From NCBI GenBank assembly GCA_963693365.1, contig CAVNZM010000016.1:6369029-6433028 (forward strand): a stretch of DNA of 64,000 nucleotides, in the 5' to 3' direction. Positions 1-22,227 of the stretch are shown here, one piece after another (within the stretch, counting starts at the first letter, position 1; each line of letters begins with the position of its first letter). The position numbers and the translations under genes were made by a program. The notes under the pieces were generated by a model. The model was given only the letters and a program-made list of their open reading frames with translations, was not told the origin of the DNA and did no database searches. This DNA comes from Amoebidium appalachense. Taxonomy: Eukaryota; Protista; Ichthyosporea.

Positions 1-253
1 AACCCATGCATGCTCAAAGACATGGCCGCAGAACTCGTACGAAAACATTCCTACATCAGCCAGCTACTTAGGCAAACAAGCACGAAAACGAAAATGCCGT
101 AGCCCATAGGTGCATACAAAAACACACACATACAGGGCAGATCAGCATACCAGCACACGCGGAGACCCTCACATGCACAAAAGAATCAAGAGTGCACTGC
201 ACAGGCAAATCCAGCAAGACTCTTCGCATGAACAAAAGGATAATGAAAAGTAC

Positions 254-824
254 CTTCTCTAAATGCTCAATGTAGATTCCATCCAAAACCTTTATGATGT
301 CCTCCAGCTCCGCCTCTCGTTCAGTGCACTGCGGAGTCAAAGTGAGGCACATGTCAAGTATTGCAATGATAGATGGTGAACAAAACGAAGCATTCTTAAC
401 TTTTAGACTCTTGGTAAGTCCCCCATTCTAAATGCTACACAGATTCTCGACAATTTTATCATTATGTTCATCCAGTATTGTCACCTACTTCTAAGGTGGC
501 CATCAGCAACCGAGGAAACTTACTCCCCCCACCACTACCTCCCCCTGCCCCCCCCCTCCTCCCCCCCCCCCCTCCCTCCCGCTCCCCTTCCTCCCCCTGT
601 CCCTCCCTGTCCCCCCTTCCCCCTCTAAACCTCCCTCCCCCCACCCCCTCCCAAATCCTGAAAACGGCACATCAAATTCGGAGCCCTGAAAAACGAGACA
701 ACAACTCTCGTGAAGGGCTAGCCAGAATACTTGCCTTTCCGCACAGCCTTTTCGGGTTTGTTTCCCGGCATATGCTGCAGTGGATGCCCGACGTTTGAAA
801 GCACGGTGCCTTCAACTCGACCAT
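254..824 (-). CDS. BRCT-domain gene, copy 1 (5' exons 735-824 and 254-328; gene runs off the left edge)
   Basis: ATG at 824. Exon 1 is MVELKAPCFQTSGIHCSICRETNPKRLCGK, then a GC donor (AAG|GCAAGT) and CAG acceptor, then exon 2 CTEREAELEDIIKVLDGIYIEHLEK|GT. It is paralogous to 7399-7923, whose downstream exons are clearly BRCT. Confidence 0.7.
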
Positions 825-1173
825 TTTATAGTAGGACCGCTCGTGACGGTCACCAGTAAAGAAGTTTAAGCTGTCAGTTTTTATAGGGGGGACTTTTTTC
901 CTGTCTCAATAGACGCGACCTCGTGAATTTGTGTGGCTAACCGACTCCAAGAATTCTAACCAGCTTTGCTATATTTTTCAGTTGAGCTTCAATAAAACAA
1001 TCCGCACGTTCTTTTTCCTGCTCTCTATCTACTGTATTACCCTACTGTTGCTTATACTTTTTTCCTCAAGAATCAGCGGGTTCGTTCCAAAAGCCTTCTC
1101 CGAAGGCCTTGGTCACTGGTTGACTGGTTGGACTGAGCCATCATGCACCGATGAGCGGTTGTGTAACCAAGGG

Positions 1174-1240
1174 TTCGCGCCAAAATCAAAAATATGCGAT
1201 GTGATTGGCTAGCTCAGATGATTACGTCATAGTGACGTGA
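1174..1240. promoter_or_regulatory. Promoter of BRCT copy 1: E2F site, CCAAT box, CRE/ATF-like sites
   Basis: TTCGCGCCAAAA (E2F consensus on minus strand) at 1174-1185, ATTGG at 1204-1208, TTACGTCA at 1222-1229, TGACGTGA at 1233-1240. All are conserved in the duplicate. Confidence 0.65.
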
Positions 1241-1409
1241 CCCTTCTGAGACTTGTTTTTATGTTCCTCTAGCGCTGGCAACATTATCATTGTAAAGCAA
1301 CACTGGTCTACAAAGTTTTGAAAGCCTGGCGTGAGCGAACTGGCCAAGTGAGCAAGAATGCTTATGCTTAGTGCCCTTCGACAAGTTGGTTGGCGAGTTC
1401 GCTTACCCA

Positions 1410-2141
1410 TGGTAATGGCAACGAGGTTTCTTTTCAACTTCAGAAGCCAGAAGGTCGATTTAGGCTGAAGACGAGCTGGCGAAGGCTCAAGCCGAGCTGG
1501 CAGTACTACGACAGGCGGTCGCCTACGAGCGGAAGGCGGTTGCTCTTGCTGAGGGGGCGGTCGCCTACTGCGGAAGGCATTGCTCGTGCTGAGGAGGCGG
1601 TCGCCTTCGAGCGGCAGAGAGTAGAGAAATTGACCCACGTTGTAGATAAGGCGGTTTCTTGGCAACGAGCGGAGTGTTGTAGAAAAATTGACCCAATACG
1701 TCGAGATCGCCCGGACTGCCGAAAAACATGTAAACTTGCTAAGGCCAAGGTACGAAATTCTGGCCGTTCGCTTCGGCCTTGAAACTATTGGAAATATCGT
1801 GAGGAAAACACTTCAGAAGCCAGACATGAGCCTGAATTCATGAAGGCTGCGGTGGAGGCTGTTGGGTCGGACGCGAGGTTTGTTGGTGCCCTCAAGGAGT
1901 TGGAGAAACAGCCAGGGGGTCCAGCAAAGTCAGAGTGATCATGTCTGGTTGGAAACATGTTCTGACGTTTGCTGATAAACCTCATCACCAAGTACTTTAC
2001 GAACTAGAGGTGGCTGACGAGTACTACAGGCTTGTAGTTTTTCCGCGTAGTTCCCGGGAAGCCTTAAAGTTCTGCTTCAGGGTATTTGGCATCCAATTGG
2101 ATGTAGGGATCGAAACAAGTGGGATTGAATCAAAGACGTAA
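1410..2141 (+). pseudogene. Frameshifted intronless coiled-coil protein remnant
   Basis: Protein-like segments lie in alternating frames: AEDELAKAQAELAVLRQAVAYERKAVALAEGAVAY / IARAEEAVAFERQRVEKLTHVVDK / EPEFMKAAVEAVGSDARFVGALKELEKQ / HQVLYELEVADEYYRLVVF. There is an internal AVAYER repeat. No family recognised. Confidence 0.45.
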
Positions 2142-2284
2142 GAACGGTTGCTGCATAAGACTACCATCACGTCGTGGAAGGGTTTGAACTGCGGACGACC
2201 GTATCGAAACAAAAACGTCAAGTGAATAATGATTGTTTGTCAAGAATGTGCGAGGAAGGGGTTAAGCTGCCTCATCTTATCGTA

Positions 2285-2328
<44 letters not shown>

Positions 2329-2392
2329 CCCCCCCCCCCCCCCCTCTGTCCCGCTTTCTCTTTCTCTCAGCTCTCTCTCTCTCTCTCTCTCT

Positions 2393-2442
<50 letters not shown>

Positions 2443-2582
2443 CTCTCTTTATCCCCCCCCCCCCCCCCCCCCCCCCCGGAGAGTCTCTCTTAATATCTCT
2501 CTCTCTCGATCTCTCTCTCTCCCCTCCCTCCCCCACCCCTCTCTCTCCCTCTATGTGTGTGTGTGCGTGCGTGCGTGTTTGT

Positions 2583-2946
2583 GGGCCCAACCACATTGGC
2601 AAAGTCAACCTGCAAAAAGCAGAATTATTTAGCAAGAGCAGCATTATTCTGCAAAAAGCAGAAATATTCTGCAAAAGCCGAATTCTTCTGTGAAAAAGCA
2701 GCTGCAAAAGCATTTTTTTTCTGTAAAAGCATATTTAAGCTGCAAAAAGCAAAAATCACTCGGCTTTTTAGCAGAATTATTCTGCTCTTAGCAGAATTTA
2801 TCCGCACAAATCGACAGTAAAATAAACTCGCTCCAGACAGAATAATTCTGTTTTTGCAGAATAATTCAGAATAATCCTGCTTTTTGCAGAATTAATCTAC
2901 TCTATTTATAAGCAAGTTGAATCTTTCAGCTGACGTGGTTGAGTCC
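2583..2946. mobile_element. Degenerate MITE with internal GCAAAAAGCAGAATTATTCT-type subrepeats
   Basis: Imperfect TIRs (GGCCCAACCACATTGGC..TCAACCTGC vs reverse complement GGACTCAACCACGTCAGC..TCAACTTGC), TTGT(G) on both flanks, and an AT-rich interior of direct and inverted short motifs. Confidence 0.55.
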
Positions 2947-3916
2947 TTGTGCGCCCGCGCCCGCGCCCGCGCGTGTGCGCGCGCGCGCGCGCGCGCGTGT
3001 GTGTGTGTGCAATATAATACTATGTGTTTGTGCTTGACAATGCTTGCTTGCGTGTTTTACCGACTCGGATCTGTTCTTCCGTGAGTTGCACTAAGTCTGT
3101 ATGTGCACGAGCAACATGTTCTTATGCGCGGACATCACTTAAATATGTGCCCATACCCGCGCCCATAGCATGTATAAGGTTTTTTGACTTTCGATTGCAT
3201 CGGAAAGCTACTATGATATTAGTAGTAAATATCGAAAACCCTCCGCCCCCTCCCTCCCTTTTTTTTGGGGGGGGGGGGGGGGGGGGGGGGGGTATGGCTT
3301 GTGCCGGACAATGTAAGCATGCGCGCGTAGCCTGACCTGAAAAAGAAGATGGATACAGTTTTTACAACCTGCCAGTACCGACATCTGTGTGCAATATATA
3401 TGTACTATCTGGACATAAGTCTTCGGGTTCGACAGTCACATCGATTCAATACAAGTGTGCCGCCATGCGTAGGTCTGCCCCCGACACTTGTGATGCCGGA
3501 CAGTGTGTGTGTGCCGTCACACACACTTAGCAGCATTGGGCACACTCGTGGATAACCTTGATCACCTTAGCTACGTTAGTGTTAGGTTGCAAGTCACTAA
3601 CTGTCGTCCTTTGTGTGTTGTTGCAATCGCGAGCCAGCGCGAGATAACAAGGGCTTGGGTGACGACCCAATAGAATTGTGTAGAGACTTTATTATGGTCT
3701 GGGTGCCAGCCCCATGTGCTTTAGTCTAGTGAGACGATAGACAGAGATAGATAGCTAGTTTAGGTGCCGCCCTACTAGCTAATGTGTGGAGTGCCGTCTC
3801 AAAGATACGAGAGAGTAGCAGAGATAGTATAGTGTGAAAAGCTTTCTTACAGAGGGAGGGAGGGAGGGAGGGAGGGAGGGAGGGGGAGAGAGGGAGAGGG
3901 TATGTGCCGTCAACTG

Positions 3917-4005
3917 CTATTGATTCTGTGGGGAGAGGGGGAGAGGGAGAGGGGGAGGGGGGGGAGGGGGGAGGGGGGGAGGAGGGAGAGGGAGAGGGAG
4001 AGGGG

Positions 4006-4036
<31 letters not shown>

Positions 4037-4064
4037 GGAGGGAGGGAGAGAGAGAGAGGAAGAA

Positions 4065-4101
<37 letters not shown>

Positions 4102-4566
4102 CACACAGAGAAAGAGAGAGAGCGAGCGAGAGAGAGAGAGAGGGGGGGAGGGGGGGGGGGAGGGAGAGAAAGAGAGAGAGAGAGAGGGAGAGAGAGAAAC
4201 ATATAACCAACAACGAGGGGGGGGGGGGGGGGGGGGGGGCAGCAAGCAATGGCGGGGAGAGAGAGAGGGGAGGGGGGGGGGGGGGGGGGAGGCATACCGA
4301 AGTCAACAGCATTGTAGTGAGATACGAAGGGAGAAACACGTCGACGTGTGAAGATTCGAACGTGTGCCGTTCGATGCAGTGTGCCTGTGCACTTGTCCAG
4401 GCAGACAGTGACTCACACAGGATGGCGTTGGCTGGGATGGTGTCTCCCTCGTGAACAAAAGTGCTACCCCCTGCTTATAGCAGACTGTGTGTGTGGGTTG
4501 GGGGGGGGGGGGGGGGGGGGGGGGAGGGAAGGAGGAGGAGGGGGGAGGTATGGAGGGGGAGGGTGT

Positions 4567-4597
<31 letters not shown>

Positions 4598-4720
4598 GGG
4601 GGGGGGGAGGTATGGAGGGGGTGACGGAAAGAGGGAAAAGGGTGGGTGTGTGTGTGGGTATGTGGGTGTGTGGGTGGGTGTGGATTTGGGGGGGGGGGGG
4701 GGGGGGGGGGGTGAGACGGG

Positions 4721-4781
<61 letters not shown>

Positions 4782-4824
4782 CGTGCGTGCGTGTGTGCGT
4801 GTGTGTGCGCATATTTGCGTGTGT

Positions 4825-4880
<56 letters not shown>

Positions 4881-6135
4881 GCGTGCACGCTCGCGTGTGT
4901 GTATGTAGTTGTGCACATTGCTGTTACTTCATAGGTGTCATCTCTTCCATTTCATTCTCATTTTCTCTTCCCATCCTTTACCCTCTTCCTCTCTCCCATC
5001 CCACCAACTGCCATCTGCTTTGAACCACACGCATGTGTGTTCCACCAGCTTCCATACAATACATAAATTATCTATCAGTCTTTCTCTCTCAGCCTTTCTT
5101 CCCTCTCTCCTTACTTCCTTCCTACCCTACCCCCCTCTCTCTTCCCTCCCCCCCTCTCCTTCTCTTTCTCTCTCCATCCCTCCCTCTCTCTCCCCCACTT
5201 CCCTCTTTCACTCTTCCCTCCCTCCCTCACTCTTCCCCACCTACCTCCCTCCCTCCCTTGGCTCCCTCTTCCCTCCCTCCCTCTCCCTCTGTTTCCTTTC
5301 CCTTCCTCCCAGTAAAAACCACTCTTTATTTCGCACATTCACCTACCCTGCATATTTGTTGAAGTGAATGATGTCCCCATCCCTACCCACAATCACGGCA
5401 CGAATGGACCGATAGGGCAGGTGGTCAGTGGGAAACGGTGCCTCCCCGCCCTGCCTCCACCCTCCTCTTTCTGTGTAAGAGCATGTGATTTGTGGGATTT
5501 GGTCTCGCTTATATCTTGAATATTTGATGTGTACACAGCTCTATGCAACAAAGTATAATGCAAAAATGGGAGGGGCTAGGGGAGATCATAATCATTCTTT
5601 GATTAAAGGCTTCCACTTTCTCTCTTTCATTTCATATTTTTTTTTTTGATCTTTAGTATTTTCTATTTTTAATATTGCTATTATTCATTACTATCACCCA
5701 GACGAGGAGAGGGAGGAGGGAGGGGAGGGGGGTGGGTGGGTGGGGGTGGGGGTGGGGTGGGGGGAGAGGAAGGGGGGGGGGGGGGGGGGGGGGGGGGGGG
5801 TAATATCACTTAAGCGTGCGCAGAAGTGCCCTCACAGGCTTGACGTCACTGCTTGTAGCAGGGACATCCCTCTCCGTCCACACATAGCTATTCTCATCCT
5901 GCCACGAACCACACTCTACACTGTCCGTGACATAGCTGGCCTTGAGTATCCACAGACCTTGTTTAAGGGAAAGGAGATGTTTAAATTTTTTTTTTGTGTG
6001 TGTGGGGGGGGGGGGGGGGGAGGGGGGGTTTGAACGTATTAAATGGTACGAATAAAACAGTAAGAATAAAAGAAAAATGAGTGAAGCAGGGATCGAGCCT
6101 GTAACCTCTTGTTGTGGCGGTGGTGGGGGGAAGAA

Positions 6136-6170
<35 letters not shown>

Positions 6171-7923
6171 TGTGTTTTTGTACCATGCAGGCAACAAATT
6201 CGATCACCTTCTATGCTGTATTGAGTGCCAAAGTTCTCCCTCCCAGCATTCCCTCCCCCCCCCCCCCCCTCCCCCCCCCCCCCCCCCCACCCACCCACCC
6301 ACCCACCCACCCCACCCCACCTCCGCCCGCCCACTCACTTTACCATCAAGCTCCCCCCTTCCCTCCCCCCCCCCCCCCCCTGCCCCCTCTCTCCTCTCTC
6401 TTCCCATACATGCATCCTTTACGTCCGCTTATCCCCCCCTCCTCCCCCATATTGTTTCTCCAATTACCATCACCACTAGACCCTTGTGTGTAGTTGAACT
6501 TTGTAAATTACCCACTACAAGAATAACAGCTGCAAGCCTAGACGTCAGTTTACAAACACCTGAAAGGAGCGGGGAAATACAGGTAATGCTTGTGTCACAG
6601 AGCTGAAGCAAATTCAGGTTAGACCCCCCTCCTCCCCTCTCCCCTCTCCCCTCCCCCCCCCCCCCCCTCAAAAAAAAAAAAAAAAAAAAAAAAGCCTACC
6701 ACCACCACCAACACCACTCCAATATCCACTTCACAGTATCCGTACACCTCCACCTCTTCTAACCCCATCTACTTGTGCACTCCCCCTCCCCCACAACCCC
6801 CCCCTCCCCCCCCCCATTCCCTATTCCCCTACACCCCCACAACACCACCACCACTCTACTTTCTTACCCCTCCCCCTCCCCTTTTCAATAATAAATGTAC
6901 CTTTTGCTGCAGCTTCCAGCACTTTGCCGTTGAGTCTGGGTGGCTCTACGCAGATCAGATGAGTGCACTCAGGTCGGATGTTCTGAGGGAATAAGTCATT
7001 TGGCGTGCCATATGACCCATGTCATCTCATTATGATCTCACTCGGAAAGGGGCTGGTGTGCAAATTCAGAACCTAGGCACCTGCTGCTTTTATACGTGCA
7101 TCATAATGCCATTATACTGACTCCTTCACCTATGGGTGAAACGTGAACACGTGCGTGCTCATAGACGGGGCCACAGAACTCGTACAAGAACACACCTACA
7201 CCAGCAAGCTATTTCAGCACACAGGAACGAAACCGAAAATCCGGTATCCAATAGGCGCAAACAAAAACACACACATACAGGGCAGATGAGCATACCAGCA
7301 CGCACTGAAACCACACATGCATAAAAGAAGAGTGCATTGCATAGGCGAATCAAGCAAGCCTCTTCACATCAACAAAAAGAAATAATAAATATAATTACCT
7401 TCTCTGCATGTTCGATGTAGATTCCCTCTAAAACCTTGATGTTATCCTCCAGCTCTGCCTCTCGTTCAGTGCACTGCAGAGTCCAGAGTGCCACATTGTC
7501 AAATATTATATAAGACAAGGTGAACAGAAAGAAGTAATCTTTAACTTCGTATTCGTGGTTAAGCTTCCTATCCTAATTGCTGCACAGATTCTCGACAAAA
7601 ATACATATATTACCGTAAGTATCTTACACTGCTAAGAAGGTTGCCCTCAAAAAACCGAGAACCTGACTTCCCACCAGTACCCTCCCCTCCTCCTCCCCGC
7701 TCATCCCCCCCCACCCTCCCCCCTCCCCCTTCCTCACCTCTCCCCCTTATAAACCCTAGAGAAGGCCCCATCAACCCACGAGCTTAAAAAAACGAAACAA
7801 TATCTCGAGCAGGGAACTAGTCGGAATACTTGCCTTTCCACATAGCCTTCTCGAGTTTGTTCCCCGGCATATGCTGCTGTGGATGCAGGACGTTTGAAAA
7901 AACGGCGTTTTCAACTCGACCAT
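3917..7923 (-). pseudogene. Tandem-BRCT gene copy 2 (TopBP1 BRCT7/8- or SLF1-like) with premature stop; exons 7834-7923, 7399-7473, 6901-6982, 5836-5957, 5347-5540, 4298-4484, 3917-3925
   Basis: Phase-compatible exons give FQTS..ELEDNIKVLEGIYIE..CTHLICVEPPRLNGKVLEAAAKGLWILKASYVTDSVECGSWQDENSYVW (BRCT1), then WRQ..PYRSIRAVIVG..GLL*AGG..FLPSYLTTMLL (BRCT2). In-frame TAA at 4475-4477. Exon 5 boundaries are less certain. Confidence 0.75.
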
Positions 7924-8201
7924 TTCTAATGTGACCGCTCGTGACGGTCAAAAATAATGGCTAACCTGTCACTCCTTGAAGGAGAGATAGTTTTCCTGCC
8001 CCAATAGACTCGTAGACTCGTGTGTATTTGTGTAGTCCACCCTCTCCAAGAATTCTGGACAGCTTTTCTATGCCTTTCGGTTGAGCTTCAACAAAACAAG
8101 TCATCGGCTTTTCGTTCTGCGCTCTACCTGCTGTATTTTTCTACTAGTTTTTTTTTAATTTTTCCCCAAGAATCAGCGGAGTTCCGAAGGCTTTCTCCAC
8201 A

Positions 8202-8257
<56 letters not shown>

Positions 8258-8400
8258 CACAAACTTGCTTGATGTTCACGACGTGAGGCTGAGCCCTCAT
8301 GATCATGAGCGGTTCAAGTGTCTAACCTGCCAGGTTCGCGCCAAAATCAAAATCGTGCAGTGTCATTGGCTAACTAGCCTAATTACGTCATAGTGACGTC
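7130..8400. repeat. Tandem segmental duplication, copy 2 (partner 1-1240)
   Basis: See copy 1. This copy has a (CA)n tract at ~8200-8255 where copy 1 has unique sequence. Confidence 0.9.
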
Positions 8401-8401
8401 A
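8335..8401. promoter_or_regulatory. Promoter of BRCT copy 2, probably bidirectional: E2F, CCAAT, CRE
   Basis: TTCGCGCCAAAA at 8335-8346, ATTGG at 8365-8369, TTACGTCA at 8383-8390, TGACGTCA at 8394-8401. Confidence 0.65.
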
Positions 8402-8449
8402 AAGTTGCCCCGGCTAGGCTTAGTCCACCGGAGGAGTGCCAGTGACTGC

Positions 8450-8870
8450 ACACATGTCCTACCCCCGGATTCCGGCACTTTTTTCTAGCTCGGAAATAAT
8501 GCATCAACCAGCGCCCGACCCGACCGAGATAAGTCCAAATTGGCGCTGGTTCAGGCGGTATAGGGGGAGCGCCCAGGAGGGCGTTCGATGGCTGGGTCGG
8601 GCTCACACATATACCACCCCCCGATTCCGGCAGTTTTTTCTAGCTCGGAAATGATTCATCCGGCTGTGTCCGACCCATGCGAGATAGTCTAAATTCGGCG
8701 GGGCTCATGCAGGAAAGGGCGGGCGGCCGGAGGACTTTCCGGGGCTAGGGTCGCCACCTTGCGCGAGGTGTAGGCCCAGCTTTGCGTTTGTTTGCTACCC
8801 GAAGGCTGATGCTTAACATAACTTTGGCCCTAGTTTGCGTGAGAAAGGCAGAAGGGAGCTCTGGGAAAGC

Positions 8871-8925
<55 letters not shown>

Positions 8926-9187
8926 GCTAAGAGAGATTCTGGAGGGAGATCTCTAGAACGAGGGAGATCTTTGAGCTGCTCGATAGAGAGAGATCTCTGA
9001 GAGAGTTAGAGAGAGAGACTCGAGGGAGAGAGCCTGAGTGTGACACTGTGTATGTTTTTGTGAGTGAGTGTGTGTCAGGCTGGGAGAAGGCCCTGAGAGA
9101 GAGAGACAGAGAGAGGGAGAGAGCGGAAAGAGAGAGAGGGGGAGAGAGAGAGAGAGAGTGTGTGTGTGTGTGTGTGAAGAGAGCGAA

Positions 9188-9222
<35 letters not shown>

Positions 9223-9289
9223 AAAGAGAGGGATAGAGGAAGAGAGACAGAGAGACAGAGAGAGAGGAGAGAGAGATAGAGAGAAGTCT

Positions 9290-9336
<47 letters not shown>

Positions 9337-10008
9337 CCTGGGAGAGAGAGGTGCACAAGCACGTGTCACAGACTCCACAGTGACACTGTATGTCTACACA
9401 CCAGCCTGCATCAGGGCCAAACCACTCCTTCAGGTAGCACACAGAGTGCCCGTCGGCAGCTGCAGCCGGAGACACGGAGGCAACGTGTGTGCATATTTTT
9501 TTTCACTGCACACTGGCACCCGCTCGCAGCTTGCAAGCATGAGGTACACACTCACAGGCCAAAGGGCACAGAGGAGAACTTCCTATGGCGCTCGTTTAGT
9601 ATGCATACAGCATGCATATGGTGTGCATTCAGCGCACTTAGAAAACATAAAGCTTTCAGGTAGCAAACAAACGCAAAGCTGGGCCTACACCTCGCGCAAG
9701 GTGGCGACCCTAGCCCCGGAAAGTCCTCCGGCCGCCCGCCCTTTCCTGCATGAGCCCCGCCGAATTTAGACTATCTCGCATGGGTCGGACACAGCCGGAT
9801 GAATCATTTCCGAGCTAGAAAAAACTGCCGGAATCGGGGGGTGGTATATGTGTGAGCCCGACCCAGCCATCGAACGCCCTCCTGGGCGCTCCCCCTATAC
9901 CGCCTGAACCAGCGCCAATTTGGACGTATCTCGGTCGGGTCGGGCGCTGGTTGATGCATTATTTCCGAGCTAGAAAAAAGTGCCGGAATCCGGGGGTAGG
10001 ACATGTGT
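8450..10008. mobile_element. Non-autonomous DNA transposon / foldback element with ~350-bp TIRs and a 4-bp TSD
   Basis: 8450-~8805 is a near-perfect inverted repeat of ~9652-10008 (termini ACACATGTCC..GGACATGTGT). CTGC flanks both ends (8446-8449 and 10009-10012). The interior is (GA)n-rich with no transposase ORF. Confidence 0.9.
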
Positions 10009-10276
10009 CTGCCATGAACAACTCAGTATACGATTTAGGAGATGTAGGAGAACCAGAGATCACAAGAGGATAGTTGTTTCATTCGTGGGCACAAGCGCCA
10101 TTTTAGGCGCATGTGGGCAGGAGAAAAAGGGAGAAATCATAAAACTGATCTTGGCATTTAAGTCGGGTGAACCTTTTGGAATTCGAAGACTCTGGATTAG
10201 GTGCATGTCCGAACATGTCAAGTCAAGTCAGTAAAATTCCGCCTTAGGCATCGTTGTTGTAGGGAAAACAAGCAAC

Positions 10277-19769
<9,493 letters not shown>

Positions 19770-20287
19770 TTCAGACTGCAAATGATGTGAATTTTCAAAC
19801 TAATTAGGACTTTAGGTACATGTTGTAAGAAAGAATGACCTGGAAATGAAATTACAATCTCTTGCTCCCTGCATTTGGGCCACGTATGGTCAATATTCAA
19901 TTGTATTGGTTATTATCAGCCGCTGATTTGATGTATTCTAGGTGATTGTGTAATCTTAAATACACCGAAGAATATAATGGTGGTTTGATAACTAGGTGTA
20001 CGATTGTTACCCGTCATACACTGTCATTTGTATCATAGTCTACTTGAAAGGCATTGATTGCGTGGGTGTGTAAATAAACACTTTGCTACTTTCGTGGTGG
20101 TGGGTGGGGGGTTGGGGGTTGGGGGGGGGGGGGGGGGGGGGGTAAACTTGTAAGGCTGTGTTAGAGGTTGAATGTGTCTTGTGTGCGCCGAAATTAAATG
20201 GGTAACCTATATGTATTGCGAGAATAGCCCAGGGCTGCTGTGCGGTCATGTATGTACGAACAAAGACAAGAATTTATTGTCAAAGTA

Positions 20288-20543
20288 CAGTAGACGCTCG
20301 CGTATTGGTACACCTTTGTATATATTGGTACATTCGCGTATTACTACACTGCCTGCCCGGCACGATAGTATAGCAAGACTCCTAAATTTCCCCCTACATG
20401 TACCTATATGAGATACATAGACGCGACACCCATATATGGTAGTTTACTAATGAAACGGTCGCGTTCACGTATTAGTACACCTCGCATATTGGTACATATT
20501 TTTGGCCGAAAACGAGGGTGTACCAATACGCAAGGGGCTACTG
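20288..20543. mobile_element. Tc1/mariner(pogo)-type MITE
   Basis: TIRs CAGTAGACGCTCGCGTATTGGTACACC / GGTGTACCAATACGCAAGGGGCTACTG, TA target duplication at 20286-20287 and 20544-20545, and internal copies of TATTGGTACA. Confidence 0.85.
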
Positions 20544-20546
20544 TAT

Positions 20547-20945
20547 GTGATGGTGTATGTGACCAATGATGGTGATTATTGAGTTAGACTATACATTCAC
20601 CGTGATGGTGTATGTGACCAATCATGGTGATTATTGAGTTAGACTATACATTCACCGTGATGGTGTATGTGACCAATCATGGTGATTATTGAGTTAGACT
20701 ATACAGTCACCGTGATGGTGTATGTGACCAATCATGGTAATTATTGAGTTAGACTATACATTCACCGTGATGCCGGGTGTATGTGACCAATCATGGTGAT
20801 TATAATGAGTTAGACTATACATTCACGGCGTGATCGATGGTGTATATGTGACCAATCATGGTGATTATTGAGTTAGACTATACATTCACCGTGATGGTGT
20901 ATGTGACCAATCATGGTGATTATTGAGTTAGACTATACATTCACC
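20547..20945. repeat. 55-bp minisatellite, 7 units
   Basis: GTGATGGTGTATGTGACCAATCATGGTGATTATTGAGTTAGACTATACATTCACC repeated head-to-tail with no spacers. Confidence 0.95.
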
Positions 20946-22196
20946 ACCATCACCACAAACGTGTGCGCGTTCGCCCTTCTAAGTCCACATGTTCCACCCG
21001 CGTGGCGTGTAAGTACGCGCGCGCACGCGCACGCCCACTCACATACCCAACACACAGACACATAAGGGCACGCTACTAGTCAAGCACACACACACACACA
21101 CACACAAACAGACCCACACACACACGTACATGTGTACACACAAGCACACACACAAGCACACACAATAAGACACACAATATTATATAACTCACACAATAAC
21201 ATCCACAAGGTGATGTCAATAAGGCTTCAAGACCTCGGATCCATGATGATCGGCTTTGCCTAGTAAGGGGATAATTTCCTTTTTACGCACTCGCCATACA
21301 AAGAACCAAACTAGTGTGCCTCTAACTTAGCTAAACACCCTCTCGATCGCGATGGTTCTAAAAAGTATACCGGTTAAGCTGTGTGTGGCTCTGGGGCAGT
21401 GATCGTGAGTTCTATGTATATCATGACAACCTTCAATCTGTGTCACAGTGTAGTAACTTTTAGCCTAGATGGTGCCTTAGAACGTTTGTACCTGGTGTGT
21501 GTGCACGTGTCTGTGTCTACATGTGTGGGTGGGGAGCTCGGGAGGGGGGGGGGGGGGGGGGGGGGGGGGGTTGTATCCTCGGTACGGTAACCGAGTGGCA
21601 CTGGAATGTATCTGCATCATTATATTATGATATCGGAAGGCCTTTTTTGTTACAGTATCTCTCAATGATCAATGCAGTTTTATTGTTCTCGTTGAAAAAA
21701 ACTGTGTACATCAATCTTCCTGAGGAATTTTGCAATAGAATCGGGTGCCCATTCGACTCTCGAATTCAGTGTAAAGCCTCGGAAACGCAGGTGGTTATAA
21801 TATATAAGGTGGCACTAGTACTGAGGCAAACTTCGAAGCCAATATGTAGCTGGCGGGCCGGGAAACATAACTAAAACACACCACGCGAAAAGATCAGAAG
21901 CATGAGCTAGTGTGCCGGGGGAAGGATAGGGAAGAGAGGGAGGGAGAGGGGGGGGGGGGGGGGGGGGGGGGGGTTCATGGAGGAAGGGTGAAATTCGACG
22001 AAGGAGTCGACGTCCGACCTGGGGGTGCAGGCCGTGAGGGGGCTGGGTCACCCAGCCTGGGTGAGGGGCTGCAAACAAACTTTGAAAATCAGCTCTCATA
22101 CACACTCTCTTGGGTTCCGAAGCTCACAAGATCAATTGCAACTTATACGTATATACAAAGAACAGGCTGGGTGAGGTGAATAGGGTAAAAAGGGAA

Positions 22197-22227
<31 letters not shown>

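Larger units (their letters stand above)
1..1240. repeat. Tandem segmental duplication, copy 1 (partner ~7130-8400)
   Basis: Colinear but diverged similarity across intron, exons, 5' region and promoter (e.g. CATACAGGGCAGAT..AGCATACCAGCAC; GACCGCTCGTGACGGTCA; TTCGCGCCAAAATCAAAA). Similarity stops after AGTGACGT. Confidence 0.9.

Noticed and set aside
3420-3850. Possible solo LTR (recurrent GTGCCG motifs)
   Set aside because: No clear TG..CA termini with TSD, no PBS/PPT, and no second copy in the window.
4475-4477. TAA read-through or genetic code reassignment in the BRCT gene
   Set aside because: GAPDH ends in TAA and the other genes use TAG and TGA normally. Copy 2 has other disabling-looking changes, so pseudogenisation or a sequencing error is simpler.
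20547-20945. CRISPR-like array
   Set aside because: Head-to-tail units with no unique spacers, no cas genes, and a eukaryotic context.
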